Assembly: GCA_044225365.1 (NCBI GenBank)
Contig: JBGAIQ010000002.1
Location: forward strand, 160,001-224,000
Direction: 5' to 3'
Origin: Planctomycetota bacterium
Lineage (GTDB): Bacteria; Planctomycetota; B15-G4; JADJEK01
Length of the DNA stretch: 64,000 bases
Part shown: positions 50,291 to 60,465 of the stretch, piece after piece
Numbering within the stretch: position 1 is the first letter of the stretch
Layout: every line of letters begins with the position of its first letter
Notes under the pieces: generated by a model
Seen by the model: only the letters and a program-made list of their open reading frames with translations
The model's database searches: none
Told to the model about the DNA's origin: nothing
Translations under genes and position numbers: made by a program

Positions 50291-51658
50291 TCAGCCGGCA
50301 TGGCTCGGGCTGTAGACGTTCGTCGCGCCCTTCAGTTCACGCGAAAGTATGGATTGGATGCGATGGATCGCGTTCGCGTCGTGCTCGGAAGTGAGGACGT
50401 AGAACTTCCAGAGATTCCGATACGAGGCCTCGAGGTCTTTGAGACGCGGTACACGATCGGAGAAATCGGAGAGGGGACGAACGGAGGACTCGCCCGGGAA
50501 TCGCACGTGGATGCGAGCTTCTTTCAACTGCATGCGGCGCGCGGGGCAGTAGATCAGGATGTCGACGTCACGATCGAGCGTCGCGGACGCCTCGCGCTCG
50601 ATGCGTCGTTCGGCCTCGAGGCGCGTCGTGTGGCAGCCCTTGGCGAAGAAGCGGTCGAGCAGTTCCTGCTGCACGGTGGCGTTGACGTAGAGCGGATACA
50701 CCCCGGCGCGCTTCATCAGCTTTCGCGCGCGGAAGCGGGCGAGCAGTCGCCGGGCGCGAGCCTTCAGCTCGCCGCCGTCGTACTCGCAGGCTTCGAGGAA
50801 CGCGACGAGCGAGTCGTCCGTCTTGTCGTAGAAGTCTTCCTCCTTCGCGGCGCCGGAGACGATCGAGTACTCGACGGCCTTGGCGATGAGCGCGCCCGCG
50901 GCGATCTTCGCGTGGTGATAGTAGACGCGCTCGCTGAAGTAGTAGCGCGCTTCGAGCATGCGGACGATCTCGGAGAGCACGTCCTCGCGAACGAGTCCGC
51001 GCTTGCTGACGTCGATGAACAGATTGCCGCTCGCGCGGTCGACGCGGAACGATTCGATGAGTCGCGGGTCGTAGGCGAGCTGCAAGCCCGTGTAGTAAGC
51101 GTCGCGCTTCAGATAGTCGAAGATGTCGGAACAGATCGTGTCGCTGATGATCTGCTTCCACGAGACCGGAACCTTGTCGGCGAGCGGGCCGGCCTCGAGG
51201 ATGCCGAGGACTTCGTCGCGCACTCGCAGCTCCGAGAGCCGTTTTCCCAGCTCGCCGATCGTGAGGCCGAGTTCGATCCGTCGCGGAGTGTCGTGTCGCT
51301 CGAACAGGCCGGTCTGATCCTCGATGTTGTGCCCGAACGGGATGTGCGTCACGTCGTGCAGCAGCGCCGCGAAGCGAATGATTCGCTCCTCGTCGCGGTT
51401 GATGCCGACGTAGTTCGCGGGATCGAACGCTCGATTGCGCTCGATGGCTTCGATCATCCGGCTCGCCATGTGGCACGAGCCGATCATGTGCTCGAAACGC
51501 GTGTGGTGCGCGCCGGGGAACACGAGGTACGCCGTGCCGAGTTGCCGCACGCCCCGCGTGCGTTGGAACTCGGGAGTGTCGATCAGCGACAGCTCTTCGC
51601 CGGTGAGGCGGATGTCGCCGTGGACGGGATCACGGATGACCGAGGACTTGCGGACCAT
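50291..51658 (-). CDS. HD-domain phosphohydrolase (SAMHD1/YdhJ-like)
   Basis: IRDPVHG, FQR.R.VRQLG, HTRFEH, ALLHD..H.PFGH, DYLKRD, VYYHH. Confidence 0.88.
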   Translation of the reverse strand: MVRKSSVIRDPVHGDIRLTGEELSLIDTPEFQRTRGVRQLGTAYLVFPGAHHTRFEHMIGSCHMASRMIEAIERNRAFDPANYVGINRDEERIIRFAALLHDVTHIPFGHNIEDQTGLFERHDTPRRIELGLTIGELGKRLSELRVRDEVLGILEAGPLADKVPVSWKQIISDTICSDIFDYLKRDAYYTGLQLAYDPRLIESFRVDRASGNLFIDVSKRGLVREDVLSEIVRMLEARYYFSERVYYHHAKIAAGALIAKAVEYSIVSGAAKEEDFYDKTDDSLVAFLEACEYDGGELKARARRLLARFRARKLMKRAGVYPLYVNATVQQELLDRFFAKGCHTTRLEAERRIEREASATLDRDVDILIYCPARRMQLKEARIHVRFPGESSVRPLSDFSDRVPRLKDLEASYRNLWKFYVLTSEHDANAIHRIQSILSRELKGATNVYSPSHAG

Positions 51659-51710
51659 GTGGGGAGGATACGAAGGCGATGGGCGAATGGCGATCGGCAG
51701 GTCGCGGCGG

Positions 51711-52679
51711 TCACCAATTTCGCGCCAGGCTCCGGCGCAGGTCCTCGCGGGGCATGTTGGCGAAATCGGGTTCGATCGCGGCAATTCGGGATTCGACGGC
51801 GTGGCGCACTCGCGCGCTCGCGTGATCGAGCAGGTAGAAGAACGTGAGCGACGCGCGGGGACGGCGCGGAGAGAGGAGGATCGCGATCTCGGAGTCGCTC
51901 GGCTCTTTCGCGCCGTCGATCGAGAGGACGATCTTCTTGAACTCCTCGGGATCGTCGGACCAGAACGGGGTACTCGGGCCGCGGCTCGGGGTCGCAATGC
52001 ACTCCGCGCCAGCCGGAACGTGGACCTTGCGTCCCGCGGATTCGAACGAGACGGCGCCGATGTCGACCGCGAGGAGCGTCGATCCGTCATCGCGGACGGT
52101 GGCTTCGTAGATGCAGCCGAGATCGACGGCGATGCCCGATGGTGTGCCGACCTGGAAGAGTCGGGGCGCCGCAAAGATGGACGCGCGCAGCTTGCCCTTC
52201 TCGAGGTGGACGAGGTAGCCCGAAGCGTCGTCCTGCCGATCCGATTCGTCGATGCGCATCTGTGCGCCGCTCTCGAGGACGACGGAGCCGAGGCCCGACA
52301 CGCGCACGCGGGCCCGTCCATTGGATTGGCAAAGTACTTTGCTGCCGGGAGGAAGCATCTCGGAATCGAGATCACCGTCGATCGAGCGCCCATCGCGATC
52401 GACGACCGCGACCTGGCCTTCGAGGCGCTCGAGGGAGTAGGGGGACGTCGCGATCCGCTGCGTTCGCGGTGGATCGATTCGCGAATCCGGCGCGAACTCG
52501 TAGAGACCGAGGACGCCGAGGAGGAGCACGGCCGCGGCCGCGAGGAGCGGGAGCACTTTCGGTTGGCGACGGAACTGGCGATCACGGATGCGCCGGCGAT
52601 GCGGCGAAAGCAGCGTCTCCAGGCGCTCGATCTCGGGATCCGGTTCGCCGCTCTTGCTCCAGAGATAGTCGTCGTTCAT
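51711..52679 (-). CDS. FecR-domain anti-sigma factor
   Basis: DDYLW..G.PDPEIERLE N-terminus, single TM, V.TPSG.AVDLGC, VDIGAV; ATGA-coupled to the ECF sigma. Confidence 0.75.
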   Translation of the reverse strand: MNDDYLWSKSGEPDPEIERLETLLSPHRRRIRDRQFRRQPKVLPLLAAAAVLLLGVLGLYEFAPDSRIDPPRTQRIATSPYSLERLEGQVAVVDRDGRSIDGDLDSEMLPPGSKVLCQSNGRARVRVSGLGSVVLESGAQMRIDESDRQDDASGYLVHLEKGKLRASIFAAPRLFQVGTPSGIAVDLGCIYEATVRDDGSTLLAVDIGAVSFESAGRKVHVPAGAECIATPSRGPSTPFWSDDPEEFKKIVLSIDGAKEPSDSEIAILLSPRRPRASLTFFYLLDHASARVRHAVESRIAAIEPDFANMPREDLRRSLARNW

Positions 52680-53314
52680 GTCCATCCTCGCTCACGCAAG
52701 GCGTTGCGAAGGAGTTCCATTCCGCGCGTGAGGTTGACGCGTACCGAGCCATGCGTGAGGCCGGTCAGCGCCGCGATCTCCGGTCCAGAGAGGCCTTCGA
52801 CGAGACGGAGCGCGAGCGTCTCGCGATACGCCTCCGGCAACGACTCGAGGACGCGAAGGACATCGCTCGTCGTCGCCGCGCACGACGCGCCGCAGTCGTG
52901 GGCGACGACATCGTGCTCGAGAACCGCCGTGCGGCTTCGTGTCCTCGCCGCCATCGCGACGCGCGCGGCGCGGTGGCGCGCGATCTGAGCGATCCAGCCG
53001 CCGAAGTGTTCGTCGGACCGCAGGCTTTTTAGACTCCTGAATGCCGCGAGGAACACCTCTTGCTCCACGTCGTCCGCTTCGCGGGCGGCGCCGTGGGCCA
53101 CCGCGAGCGCGTGGACGAGCCGGCAGTACTTGGCATGCAATGCGGTGAAGGCGCGCTCGTCGCCATGGCGCGCCCGCGCGACGAGTGCTTCGTCCTCGAA
53201 TGCGCGATCGCTCTGCGCCACGGGAGTGGCGCTAGGTTCGCGGATCTCCAAGCGCGCGATGCCTTCCACGTTCACGATCGGCTCAGGTGAGTTCGTCCGA
53301 CCGAAAGAGTCCAC
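52676..53314 (-). CDS. ECF RNA polymerase sigma factor
   Basis: DEALVARARHGDERAF, DDVEQEVFL, GWIAQIAR, LPEAYRETL..EGLSGPEIA; start uncertain. Confidence 0.92.
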   Translation of the reverse strand: MDSFGRTNSPEPIVNVEGIARLEIREPSATPVAQSDRAFEDEALVARARHGDERAFTALHAKYCRLVHALAVAHGAAREADDVEQEVFLAAFRSLKSLRSDEHFGGWIAQIARHRAARVAMAARTRSRTAVLEHDVVAHDCGASCAATTSDVLRVLESLPEAYRETLALRLVEGLSGPEIAALTGLTHGSVRVNLTRGMELLRNALRERGWT

Positions 53315-53404
53315 CGGTTCTTCCGATGTTAACAGCGCTCCGAAGAACTCGGGCGGGGGTGCTTGGCGCCTCTCCGGCTCACACCGTGACGTCCCACCGG
53401 GACC

Positions 53405-53512
53405 TGGCGGCGGCGGACGCGGTCCAAAACCGCCAAAATGGTTGTCGGCGGCGGACGCGGTCCAAAACCGCCAAAAGGTTGGCGGCGGCGGACGCGGTCC
53501 GAGTCCGCCAAG
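53405..53512. repeat. Short tandem repeat, about three 37-38-bp units
   Basis: tggcggcggcggacgcggtccaaaaccgccaaaa(t)ggt units at 53405, 53443 and 53480. Confidence 0.85.
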
Positions 53513-53528
53513 TCTCCCGATCGAAACC

Positions 53529-53572
53529 CAACCGCGCCGGGAGCCTCCTTGCGAGAGGCGCCGGCGCGGTTG
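53529..53572. terminator. Hairpin downstream of the 53657-54013 gene
   Basis: caaccgcgccgg/ccggcgcggttg 12-bp perfect outer stem. Confidence 0.5.
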
Positions 53573-53656
53573 AGTACATCGTTCTCCGTCCTTCTTGGGG
53601 ACGTTCTTCTAGGAGGCCTCCGGGTTTCGGCCCCTTGGCCGTGAGGCTCTTCTATT

Positions 53657-54013
53657 TCAGGCCGTGAGTTCCGCGATCTTCTCGGTGACGCGTACGACGC
53701 GACCGTTCGCGAAACTCAGAGTCGTGACGTAGAGACAGGGCGCGTTGTTCACGTCCATGCCCTTGCGTCCGAACTGCCATTCGACGTGATCATCCGGACC
53801 GAACAGGATGCACTCGGGCTGTCCTGCGCAGGCCCGCACTTCGCCCGGCGTCATGCCAAGGCGTGCTGCAGGCGCCGCAAAACGGCCATTCTTCTTCGTT
53901 GGAGCAGTCATCGCCGCAGGCTTGCGGAGCTTGCTGGTCTCGCGACCATCGTCTCCGCCCGCCTGTCTGGCGCGGCCCGCCGCCGTCGTGCGCTTCGCCA
54001 AACGAACTACCAT
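53657..54013 (-). CDS. Hypothetical protein, BamE/SmpA-like fold without a signal peptide
   Basis: LGMTPGEVRACAGQP...W.F...LSFANGRV pattern. Confidence 0.5.
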   Translation of the reverse strand: MVVRLAKRTTAAGRARQAGGDDGRETSKLRKPAAMTAPTKKNGRFAAPAARLGMTPGEVRACAGQPECILFGPDDHVEWQFGRKGMDVNNAPCLYVTTLSFANGRVVRVTEKIAELTA

Positions 54014-54175
54014 GGGTCAACTCCCAACCGAGAACTTGGTCGAATTCGACCGCCACTCTCATCGGACACGTGGACCTTCGAGCTTTAGTCGTTCCCGGAC
54101 AATCCTCGAATCGGGATAATGCTCCCTTCGAATTCGAACCCACTATCGCTCGTCAAGAAGCCCGTGAAGTCCCCT

Positions 54176-55825
54176 ATGACCTCTCGCAAGATCCAAGCAC
54201 CTCGTGGCCCGAAGCTGTCGTGCGCGAATTGGCAGATCGAAGCGCCGATGCGCATGCTCATGAACAACCTCGATCCCGAGGTCGCGGAGGATCCCGCCAA
54301 TCTCGTCGTTTATGGAGGATCGGGGAGAGCCGCACGGAACTGGGCCTGCTTCGATGCGATTGTCGCCGCGCTGAAGAAGCTCGCGCCCGACGAGACGCTC
54401 CTCGTGCAATCCGGCAAGCCCGTCGGCGTGCTGCGCACGCACACCGACGCTCCGCGTGTGCTGATCGCGAATTCGAACCTCGTGCCGCACTGGGCGAGCT
54501 TCCAGTACTTCAACGAGCTGGAGAAGAAGGGCCTCATCATGTACGGCCAGATGACGGCCGGGTCCTGGATCTACATCGGGAGCCAGGGGATCGTCCAAGG
54601 CACGTACGAGACCTTCGCCGAGGCGGCGCGGCAGCACTTCGGAGGAAGCCTGGCCGGGCGACTCGTCGTCACGGGCGGACTCGGCGGGATGGGCGGCGCC
54701 CAACCGCTCGCCGCGGTGATGGCGGGTGCGACGTTCCTTTCGGCGGAGGTCGATCCGAAGCGTAGTCAGAAGCGGATCGACACGCGCTACCTCGATCACC
54801 TCGAGAGCGATCTCGACAAGGCGATCGCGATGGCGCAGGACTTCAAGGCGAAGAAGCTCGCGAAGTCCGTCGGCTGGACCGGCAACATCGTCGACCTGCT
54901 CCACGAGCTGATCCGCCGCAAGATCGTTCCGGATCTGCTCACGGATCAAACGAGCGCGCACGATCCGTTGAACGGTTATCTGCCGAGGGGCATGACGCTC
55001 GAGACCGGCGCCGCGCTGCGCAAGGACGATCCGAAGGCGTACATCGAGCGCGCGAAGGACTCGATGGCCGACCACATCCGCGCGATGCTCGAGCTCAAGA
55101 AGATGGGCGCGGTGGTGTTCGATTACGGCAACAACCTCCGCGGCCAGGCGCTCGAGCGCGGCGTGACGAACGCCTTCGACTTCCCCGGCTTCGTGCCGGC
55201 CTACATCCGCCCGTTGTTCTGCGAGGGCAAGGGGCCGTTCCGCTGGGCCGCGCTCTCCGGCGATCCCGCCGACATCGCCGCGACGGACGAAGCCGTGCTC
55301 GAGCTGTTCCCGCACGACACGATGCTCGCCAATTGGCTGCGTCTCGCGAAGGAGCGTATCGCGTTCCAAGGCCTTCCGGCGCGCATCTGCTGGCTCGGAC
55401 AGGGCGATCGCGCGAGGGCGGGGCTGAAGTTCAACGAGATGGTGAAGCAGGGCCGATTGAAAGCCCCGATCGTGATCGGCCGCGATCATCTCGACACGGG
55501 TTCGGTGGCGTCACCCAACCGCGAGACCGAGGCGATGAAGGACGGCTCGGACGCGATCGCGGACTGGCCGATCCTCAACGCGATGGTCAACGTCGCGTCC
55601 GGCGCGACGTGGGTGTCGTTCCATCACGGCGGCGGAGTCGGCATCGGCTACTCGCTGCATGCCGGTCAGGTGATCTGCGTCGACGGCACCGACGCCGCGG
55701 CGCGGCGCATCGAGCGCGTCCTCACCAACGACCCGGCGATGGGCGTGCTGCGTCACGCCGATGCCGGGTACGAGACGGCCGTCGCGGTCGCGAAGGCGAA
55801 GGGGATCGAGCGGCCAATGGCGTGA
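54176..55825 (+). CDS. hutU: Urocanate hydratase
   Basis: [46 protein letters not shown]. Confidence 0.97.
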   Translation: MTSRKIQAPRGPKLSCANWQIEAPMRMLMNNLDPEVAEDPANLVVYGGSGRAARNWACFDAIVAALKKLAPDETLLVQSGKPVGVLRTHTDAPRVLIANSNLVPHWASFQYFNELEKKGLIMYGQMTAGSWIYIGSQGIVQGTYETFAEAARQHFGGSLAGRLVVTGGLGGMGGAQPLAAVMAGATFLSAEVDPKRSQKRIDTRYLDHLESDLDKAIAMAQDFKAKKLAKSVGWTGNIVDLLHELIRRKIVPDLLTDQTSAHDPLNGYLPRGMTLETGAALRKDDPKAYIERAKDSMADHIRAMLELKKMGAVVFDYGNNLRGQALERGVTNAFDFPGFVPAYIRPLFCEGKGPFRWAALSGDPADIAATDEAVLELFPHDTMLANWLRLAKERIAFQGLPARICWLGQGDRARAGLKFNEMVKQGRLKAPIVIGRDHLDTGSVASPNRETEAMKDGSDAIADWPILNAMVNVASGATWVSFHHGGGVGIGYSLHAGQVICVDGTDAAARRIERVLTNDPAMGVLRHADAGYETAVAVAKAKGIERPMA

Positions 55826-55849
55826 AGACGTCTGCCACTCGTCGCTTCG

Positions 55850-58381
55850 TCAGCGGTGGAGAAGGACTCCGATCGAATTGTGGGCGTCGATGTTCGGCGC
55901 GATCAGGTCGTCCTTCTCGTCGCCATCGAGGTCGCGAGCGATCACGAAGGATGGATCGAGTCCGAAGTCGAACGAGAAGAGCGGGCCGAGCGTTCCTGCC
56001 CCAGTTCCAAGTCGGGCGAAGATCTGGCCGTTGTGGGCGACGATGCTCCCTCCAAGGAGATCGGATCGCGAGTCGCCGTCGATGTCGCTGACCGCAACGA
56101 AGCTGGCGTTGGTGCCGAACAGGTAGGCGTGTTTGACGGGGAAGGCGCCGCTGCCGTTGTTGATCAGGACCGTCGCAGTGCCCCCGTTGCTATTCGCGAC
56201 AGCGAGGTCCGGAATCCCGTCGCCGTTGAATTCCGCGGGCGTCACGTAGAGAGGCCCGGTGCCGACCAGGGAATTCGTCGGCGCGAGGAATCCGCCCACG
56301 CCGTTGCCGAGGCGGACCGTCACGGTGTTCGCCGCGCGATTCGCAGTGACCGCGTCGAGCTTCCCATCGCTGTCGAGATCCAAGAGCGTGACGCAGTACG
56401 GTTGGGTTCCGACCGAATACGTCGACTGCGCGGCGAATCCGCCCGCGCCATTCCCGAGCAGCACGCTGATCGAGTTCGCGCCGGCGTTCGAGGCCGTGAG
56501 GTCGAGCTTCCCGTCGTTGTTCAGGTCGCCGACTGCGACGCTCGTAGCCTGAGGCCCGACCGGGAACGCGACGAGGGGTGAAAAACCGCCGAGGCCGTTC
56601 CCGAGCAGGACCGTGACGTCGCCCGCCCCGAAATTCGCCGTGACGACGTCGAGCTTCTGATCGCCATTGAGATCGGCGGCGGCGATCGAATTCGGCTGTG
56701 CGTGGACGGGGGCGGGCGATTTGGGACCGAACGCCCCGTGTCCATCGCCGCGCAGGATCGTGATCGTGTTGGAAGTCTGGTTCGCCGTGACGACGTCGAC
56801 CTTGCCGTCGGCATCGAAGTCACCGGCCACGGCGGAGAACGGCGTCGCGCCCGTGGAGTAGGTCTTCAATCGAAGACTGCCGAGGCCGTCACCGAGCACG
56901 ATGAGAGCGCCGTTCCCCCGCGATGCCACGAGGTCGACCGCTCCATCGGCGTCCATGTCGACGAGCCTCGTCTCGGTGGCGCTACCACCGACAGTGAGCA
57001 CGCTCTGCGGAGCGAACGTACCGACGCCGGCCGTCGACGTGTTGATGTAGAGCGAGGTGTCGCCCGAGCCTTGATTCGTCGCCGCGAGATCGAGGCGGCC
57101 GTCGCCGTCGAGATCGCCCATCGCCAGTCGGAAGGGGCCCGTACCGGCGGCGAGGATCTGCGGCGAAGAGAAGTTCCCGAGACCATCGCCGTACTCGACG
57201 ACGATCGTGTTGCCGCCGTAGTTCGCGGCCGCGAGATCGAGCTTGCCGTCCCCGTTCAGGTCGCCGGTGCGCACTGCGTACTGACCCGTTCCGCTCGGAA
57301 GGGTGTTCAGTCCCGTGAATCCTCCGGCGCCGTTGCCAAAGGCGACGACCACTTTGTTGCCCGTGAAGCTCGACGAAGCGATGTCGCGCTGGTTGTCGCC
57401 ATTGAAGTCGCCGATCGCGAGAGAATTGGGAGCCGTGCCCAACTGGATCCCGGGCTGTGCGGTGAAACCGCCGACGCCGTTGCCGAGGAAGATGGTCGCG
57501 ACCCCGTTGATGCCGAGCACCACGAGATCGTTCTTGCCGTCGGAATTCATGTCGTCGATGGCGACCGCCGTCGCGACCGATGAGATGGCGTAGTTCGTCG
57601 GCGACGAGAAGCCGCCGATGCCGTCGCCGATCAGAACGCTTGCGAAGCTCGTGCCCGAGAAGTTCTGGTTCACCGTGACGAGGTCGGGATGGTTGTCGCC
57701 ATTGAGATCGCCCGCTGCCATCGCGGAGATGCCGGGCTGCGTATGGACGATCGTCGGCGCGAGCAAGCCGCCGTTGCCATCGCCGAAGAGCAGATACGCG
57801 TTGCCCGTCGTGCCGCTGTCGCCGAGCGCGACGTCGAGGAACGTGTCCCCGTTGAGATCGCCGATCGCGAGGCTGTTCGAGGATCCATCGATCGGAGTTC
57901 CCGCCGTCGGGTAGTAAGGTCCGAGTGTCGGTTCGATCGCGACGCCGGCGGTCGCGGCGAACGTGCCGTTCGGCGCGAGCGCGTCCGATTCGAACGCCTG
58001 CATTGTGAACAGCGGAGGAAGTGGCGACGGCAGCAGTGTGGCGAATTGCAGGTCGCCGTTCGCATCGAGCGGGAACGGCCCGATCGGAATGGGCAGCATC
58101 GAGCCGAGGTTCAACGTGCATCCTGTACCCGGCATGGGGATCGCCGCCTTGGCAAGTCCGGCGAAGAGCAGCACGAACGACGAGGGAGCCGCGCCGTCGA
58201 AGTGGAGCGACATCTGCGTGCCGGGATTGGAGAAACCGAGCAGGGCGAGTGTCGGCGGCGAGCCCCCTCGATCGGGACATCCCGTGCCGTAGGTCGTGTA
58301 CCCAGCGCGCGCGCCCGACGCGAATGTGGCGATCGCCGTGACGGCGAGGGCGGCTCGTCGGAGGAAGAAGACGTAGTCCAT
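55850..58381 (-). CDS. Secreted FG-GAP/VCBS repeat protein
   Basis: Signal peptide; more than ten GD(L/F)NGDG..D(L/V) repeats; N-terminal YGTGC module. Confidence 0.9.
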   Translation of the reverse strand: MDYVFFLRRAALAVTAIATFASGARAGYTTYGTGCPDRGGSPPTLALLGFSNPGTQMSLHFDGAAPSSFVLLFAGLAKAAIPMPGTGCTLNLGSMLPIPIGPFPLDANGDLQFATLLPSPLPPLFTMQAFESDALAPNGTFAATAGVAIEPTLGPYYPTAGTPIDGSSNSLAIGDLNGDTFLDVALGDSGTTGNAYLLFGDGNGGLLAPTIVHTQPGISAMAAGDLNGDNHPDLVTVNQNFSGTSFASVLIGDGIGGFSSPTNYAISSVATAVAIDDMNSDGKNDLVVLGINGVATIFLGNGVGGFTAQPGIQLGTAPNSLAIGDFNGDNQRDIASSSFTGNKVVVAFGNGAGGFTGLNTLPSGTGQYAVRTGDLNGDGKLDLAAANYGGNTIVVEYGDGLGNFSSPQILAAGTGPFRLAMGDLDGDGRLDLAATNQGSGDTSLYINTSTAGVGTFAPQSVLTVGGSATETRLVDMDADGAVDLVASRGNGALIVLGDGLGSLRLKTYSTGATPFSAVAGDFDADGKVDVVTANQTSNTITILRGDGHGAFGPKSPAPVHAQPNSIAAADLNGDQKLDVVTANFGAGDVTVLLGNGLGGFSPLVAFPVGPQATSVAVGDLNNDGKLDLTASNAGANSISVLLGNGAGGFAAQSTYSVGTQPYCVTLLDLDSDGKLDAVTANRAANTVTVRLGNGVGGFLAPTNSLVGTGPLYVTPAEFNGDGIPDLAVANSNGGTATVLINNGSGAFPVKHAYLFGTNASFVAVSDIDGDSRSDLLGGSIVAHNGQIFARLGTGAGTLGPLFSFDFGLDPSFVIARDLDGDEKDDLIAPNIDAHNSIGVLLHR

Positions 58382-58597
58382 GGCGCTACCGCGACGGCGG
58401 AGACTTTGTCCGCGCCGGCGTGAAGGATCACGAGGAGGAGGTAAGAAGGAGAACGACGAATCCGCGATCTTGCTCGTGTGCGCCATGGCGCCCGACTCCG
58501 AAGACCGCTCAGCGAGGGTCAAGGTACCACGAGAACGAGTGGACGCAAGGAAGGTCTCGCCGTCCTTACGCGCCGTGCACGCTCTTCATCCCAGGGA

Positions 58598-60139
58598 TCA
58601 CGGTTCGAGCGTGAGCGTATTCCAGATCGAGACCGACTTGCGAGGACCGTAGTCGCCGGCCGAGCCGTTCCACACCGCGCAGCAGAATTCGCTCGTGCCG
58701 CCCGGCGTGAACGTGATGTCTTCCTTCGCCTTGCCCTTCAGCGAGCGGCGAACGATCACTTGCCATTCGCCCTCGACGTGGGTCGGGAGAACTTCGATTC
58801 CGGAGTCGCCGCGATTCGCCGAAGCGGTGCCGGGCCCGACGACGCTCGACGACGTCGCTTTGGTCTCGGGCTGCAGCAGACCGGCCGGCGGTTTCGTGTT
58901 GGGAGCGCCGCTGACGCTGCCCGCGAAATCGCGCGGGTAGCCTTCGTCGTGGAGCAGGTCGAAGAAGGTCGCGATCCGGTCGGGGTGGAACGCCTTCCAA
59001 TGCCATTGATTCAACGGCTGGTGGAGCGAACCCATGCCGAAGAGAGGCGGATTCGATTCGCTCGAGAACTGGAGGGCGACGCCATCGGGGAGTTTCGACT
59101 TGCCGAGCGCGCGATCGTCCCGCGTCTCGTCGTGCCAGCGCAGGCGGAACGCGATCGATTTGCCGTCGTGGAGGGCCGCGACCTTCAGTTCCATGACTGC
59201 GTCGGCGCGACTCGCGAGGGGGGACAGGACGAGGCGAACTTCGCGCGCGCTCTTCCATGCGGCGTCGTCGTTCGCCGGCAGCTCCTTCACTCGCTTCGCG
59301 TCGAGTGTGAGATGCGTCTGCGTGTAGCGCTGCTCGGCTCCCTCGGGAAGGAGAGTATGGACGAAGACGGCGAGCGCCTCGGTCTCACCCGCGGCCAGTT
59401 GGGTGGGGGGCATGCCGCGACCCGGCATGCCCGCACGGATCCGCCGCGCGAGGTCTTCCACCGAGCTGCCGCCCTTCAAGATGCCTTTCCTGAGATCGCG
59501 CGCGGCGAACAGGTCGCCGTCGCGCCATCCCGGGACGACCGCGCGCCCCTCGCCGAGCACGCCGTGGCAGGCGGCGCAGCGTTCGAGGTAGATGCGCCGT
59601 CCCGTGGCGAGCGTCGATTCGTTGGCGGTCGGAAAGGCCGCGAACGGCGCGGGAATCTCCGGCGTCATCTCCCATTCCGCGAGCTTCAGCGCTTCCTGGC
59701 GATCCAATTGGTCGCCCCGCGCCTCGATCCCGCCCTGGATCCGTGTCGCGATCGCCTCGATCGAGAGTAGAGCGACGTGACTCGCGAGCAGAGTTCGATC
59801 GGCGGGAGCGAGGTTCGGGAACGCCGGCATCCCCGACCCCGGCAGGCCGTGCTCGATGACTCGTTCGATGTCGCTCGGAAGTGGGACGCCGTTGTCGCCG
59901 CTCGAGAGTTGGAAGAGGCCTTCACCGAAATCGCGAGGCGGGGGCACGAGGAGTCGCGCGATCGCGCCGCGGGCCCGGCCGTCGGCATCGTGGCAGAGCG
60001 CGCACTGCTTCGCGAACAACTCGACGGCGCGCTCGTTCGCTTTCAGGTCCTGCGCCCTCGCGCTCACCGCGAGGAAGGAACCGAGGAGAGCGAGGGAAAC
60101 CGAAACGACGGACGACGACGCGGATCTTCCGAGGTTCAT
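58598..60139 (-). CDS. Diheme c-type cytochrome fused to an ethylbenzene-dehydrogenase-gamma-like heme b domain
   Basis: CALCH and CAACH with distal MP; AALHDGKSIAFRLRW.D, DGVALQF, GMG, WHWKA, AVWNG..K. Confidence 0.8.
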   Translation of the reverse strand: MNLGRSASSSVVSVSLALLGSFLAVSARAQDLKANERAVELFAKQCALCHDADGRARGAIARLLVPPPRDFGEGLFQLSSGDNGVPLPSDIERVIEHGLPGSGMPAFPNLAPADRTLLASHVALLSIEAIATRIQGGIEARGDQLDRQEALKLAEWEMTPEIPAPFAAFPTANESTLATGRRIYLERCAACHGVLGEGRAVVPGWRDGDLFAARDLRKGILKGGSSVEDLARRIRAGMPGRGMPPTQLAAGETEALAVFVHTLLPEGAEQRYTQTHLTLDAKRVKELPANDDAAWKSAREVRLVLSPLASRADAVMELKVAALHDGKSIAFRLRWHDETRDDRALGKSKLPDGVALQFSSESNPPLFGMGSLHQPLNQWHWKAFHPDRIATFFDLLHDEGYPRDFAGSVSGAPNTKPPAGLLQPETKATSSSVVGPGTASANRGDSGIEVLPTHVEGEWQVIVRRSLKGKAKEDITFTPGGTSEFCCAVWNGSAGDYGPRKSVSIWNTLTLEP

Positions 60140-60465
60140 GCCAACTCCAACGAGGCGATGTCGACCCGCGATGCCGGATCGTCCGAGCCACGCGCGGTCG
60201 TCGCGAACGTGCAAACGAGGGTCCGGCGTTTTCTTCGTCCTAAGGTCGCTCGATCGGAACGATAACGTCGAACCGCTCCGGCGATCGGCGCGTGATTTCC
60301 ACCTTCGCCGGGAACGCCTTCCCAGCGGCCGGCACGCCGCATCGGCCGCCGAGTTCGAGAGCGGTCGACGAGACCGCGAGGGAAAGGAAAGTCTCTCGAT
60401 CTTGTCCGGTTCGTCCCGGATTCGTCGCCGTTGGGGTCACACTCGTCCCGTCCAGGCGAATCGAC

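Noticed and set aside
53405-53512. Mini-CRISPR, given the 37-bp repeat length
   Set aside because: The units abut with no spacers
42508-55825. hutH and hutU split by a 10-kb insertion
   Set aside because: The genes are divergent with no mobility marks, and dispersed hut genes are common
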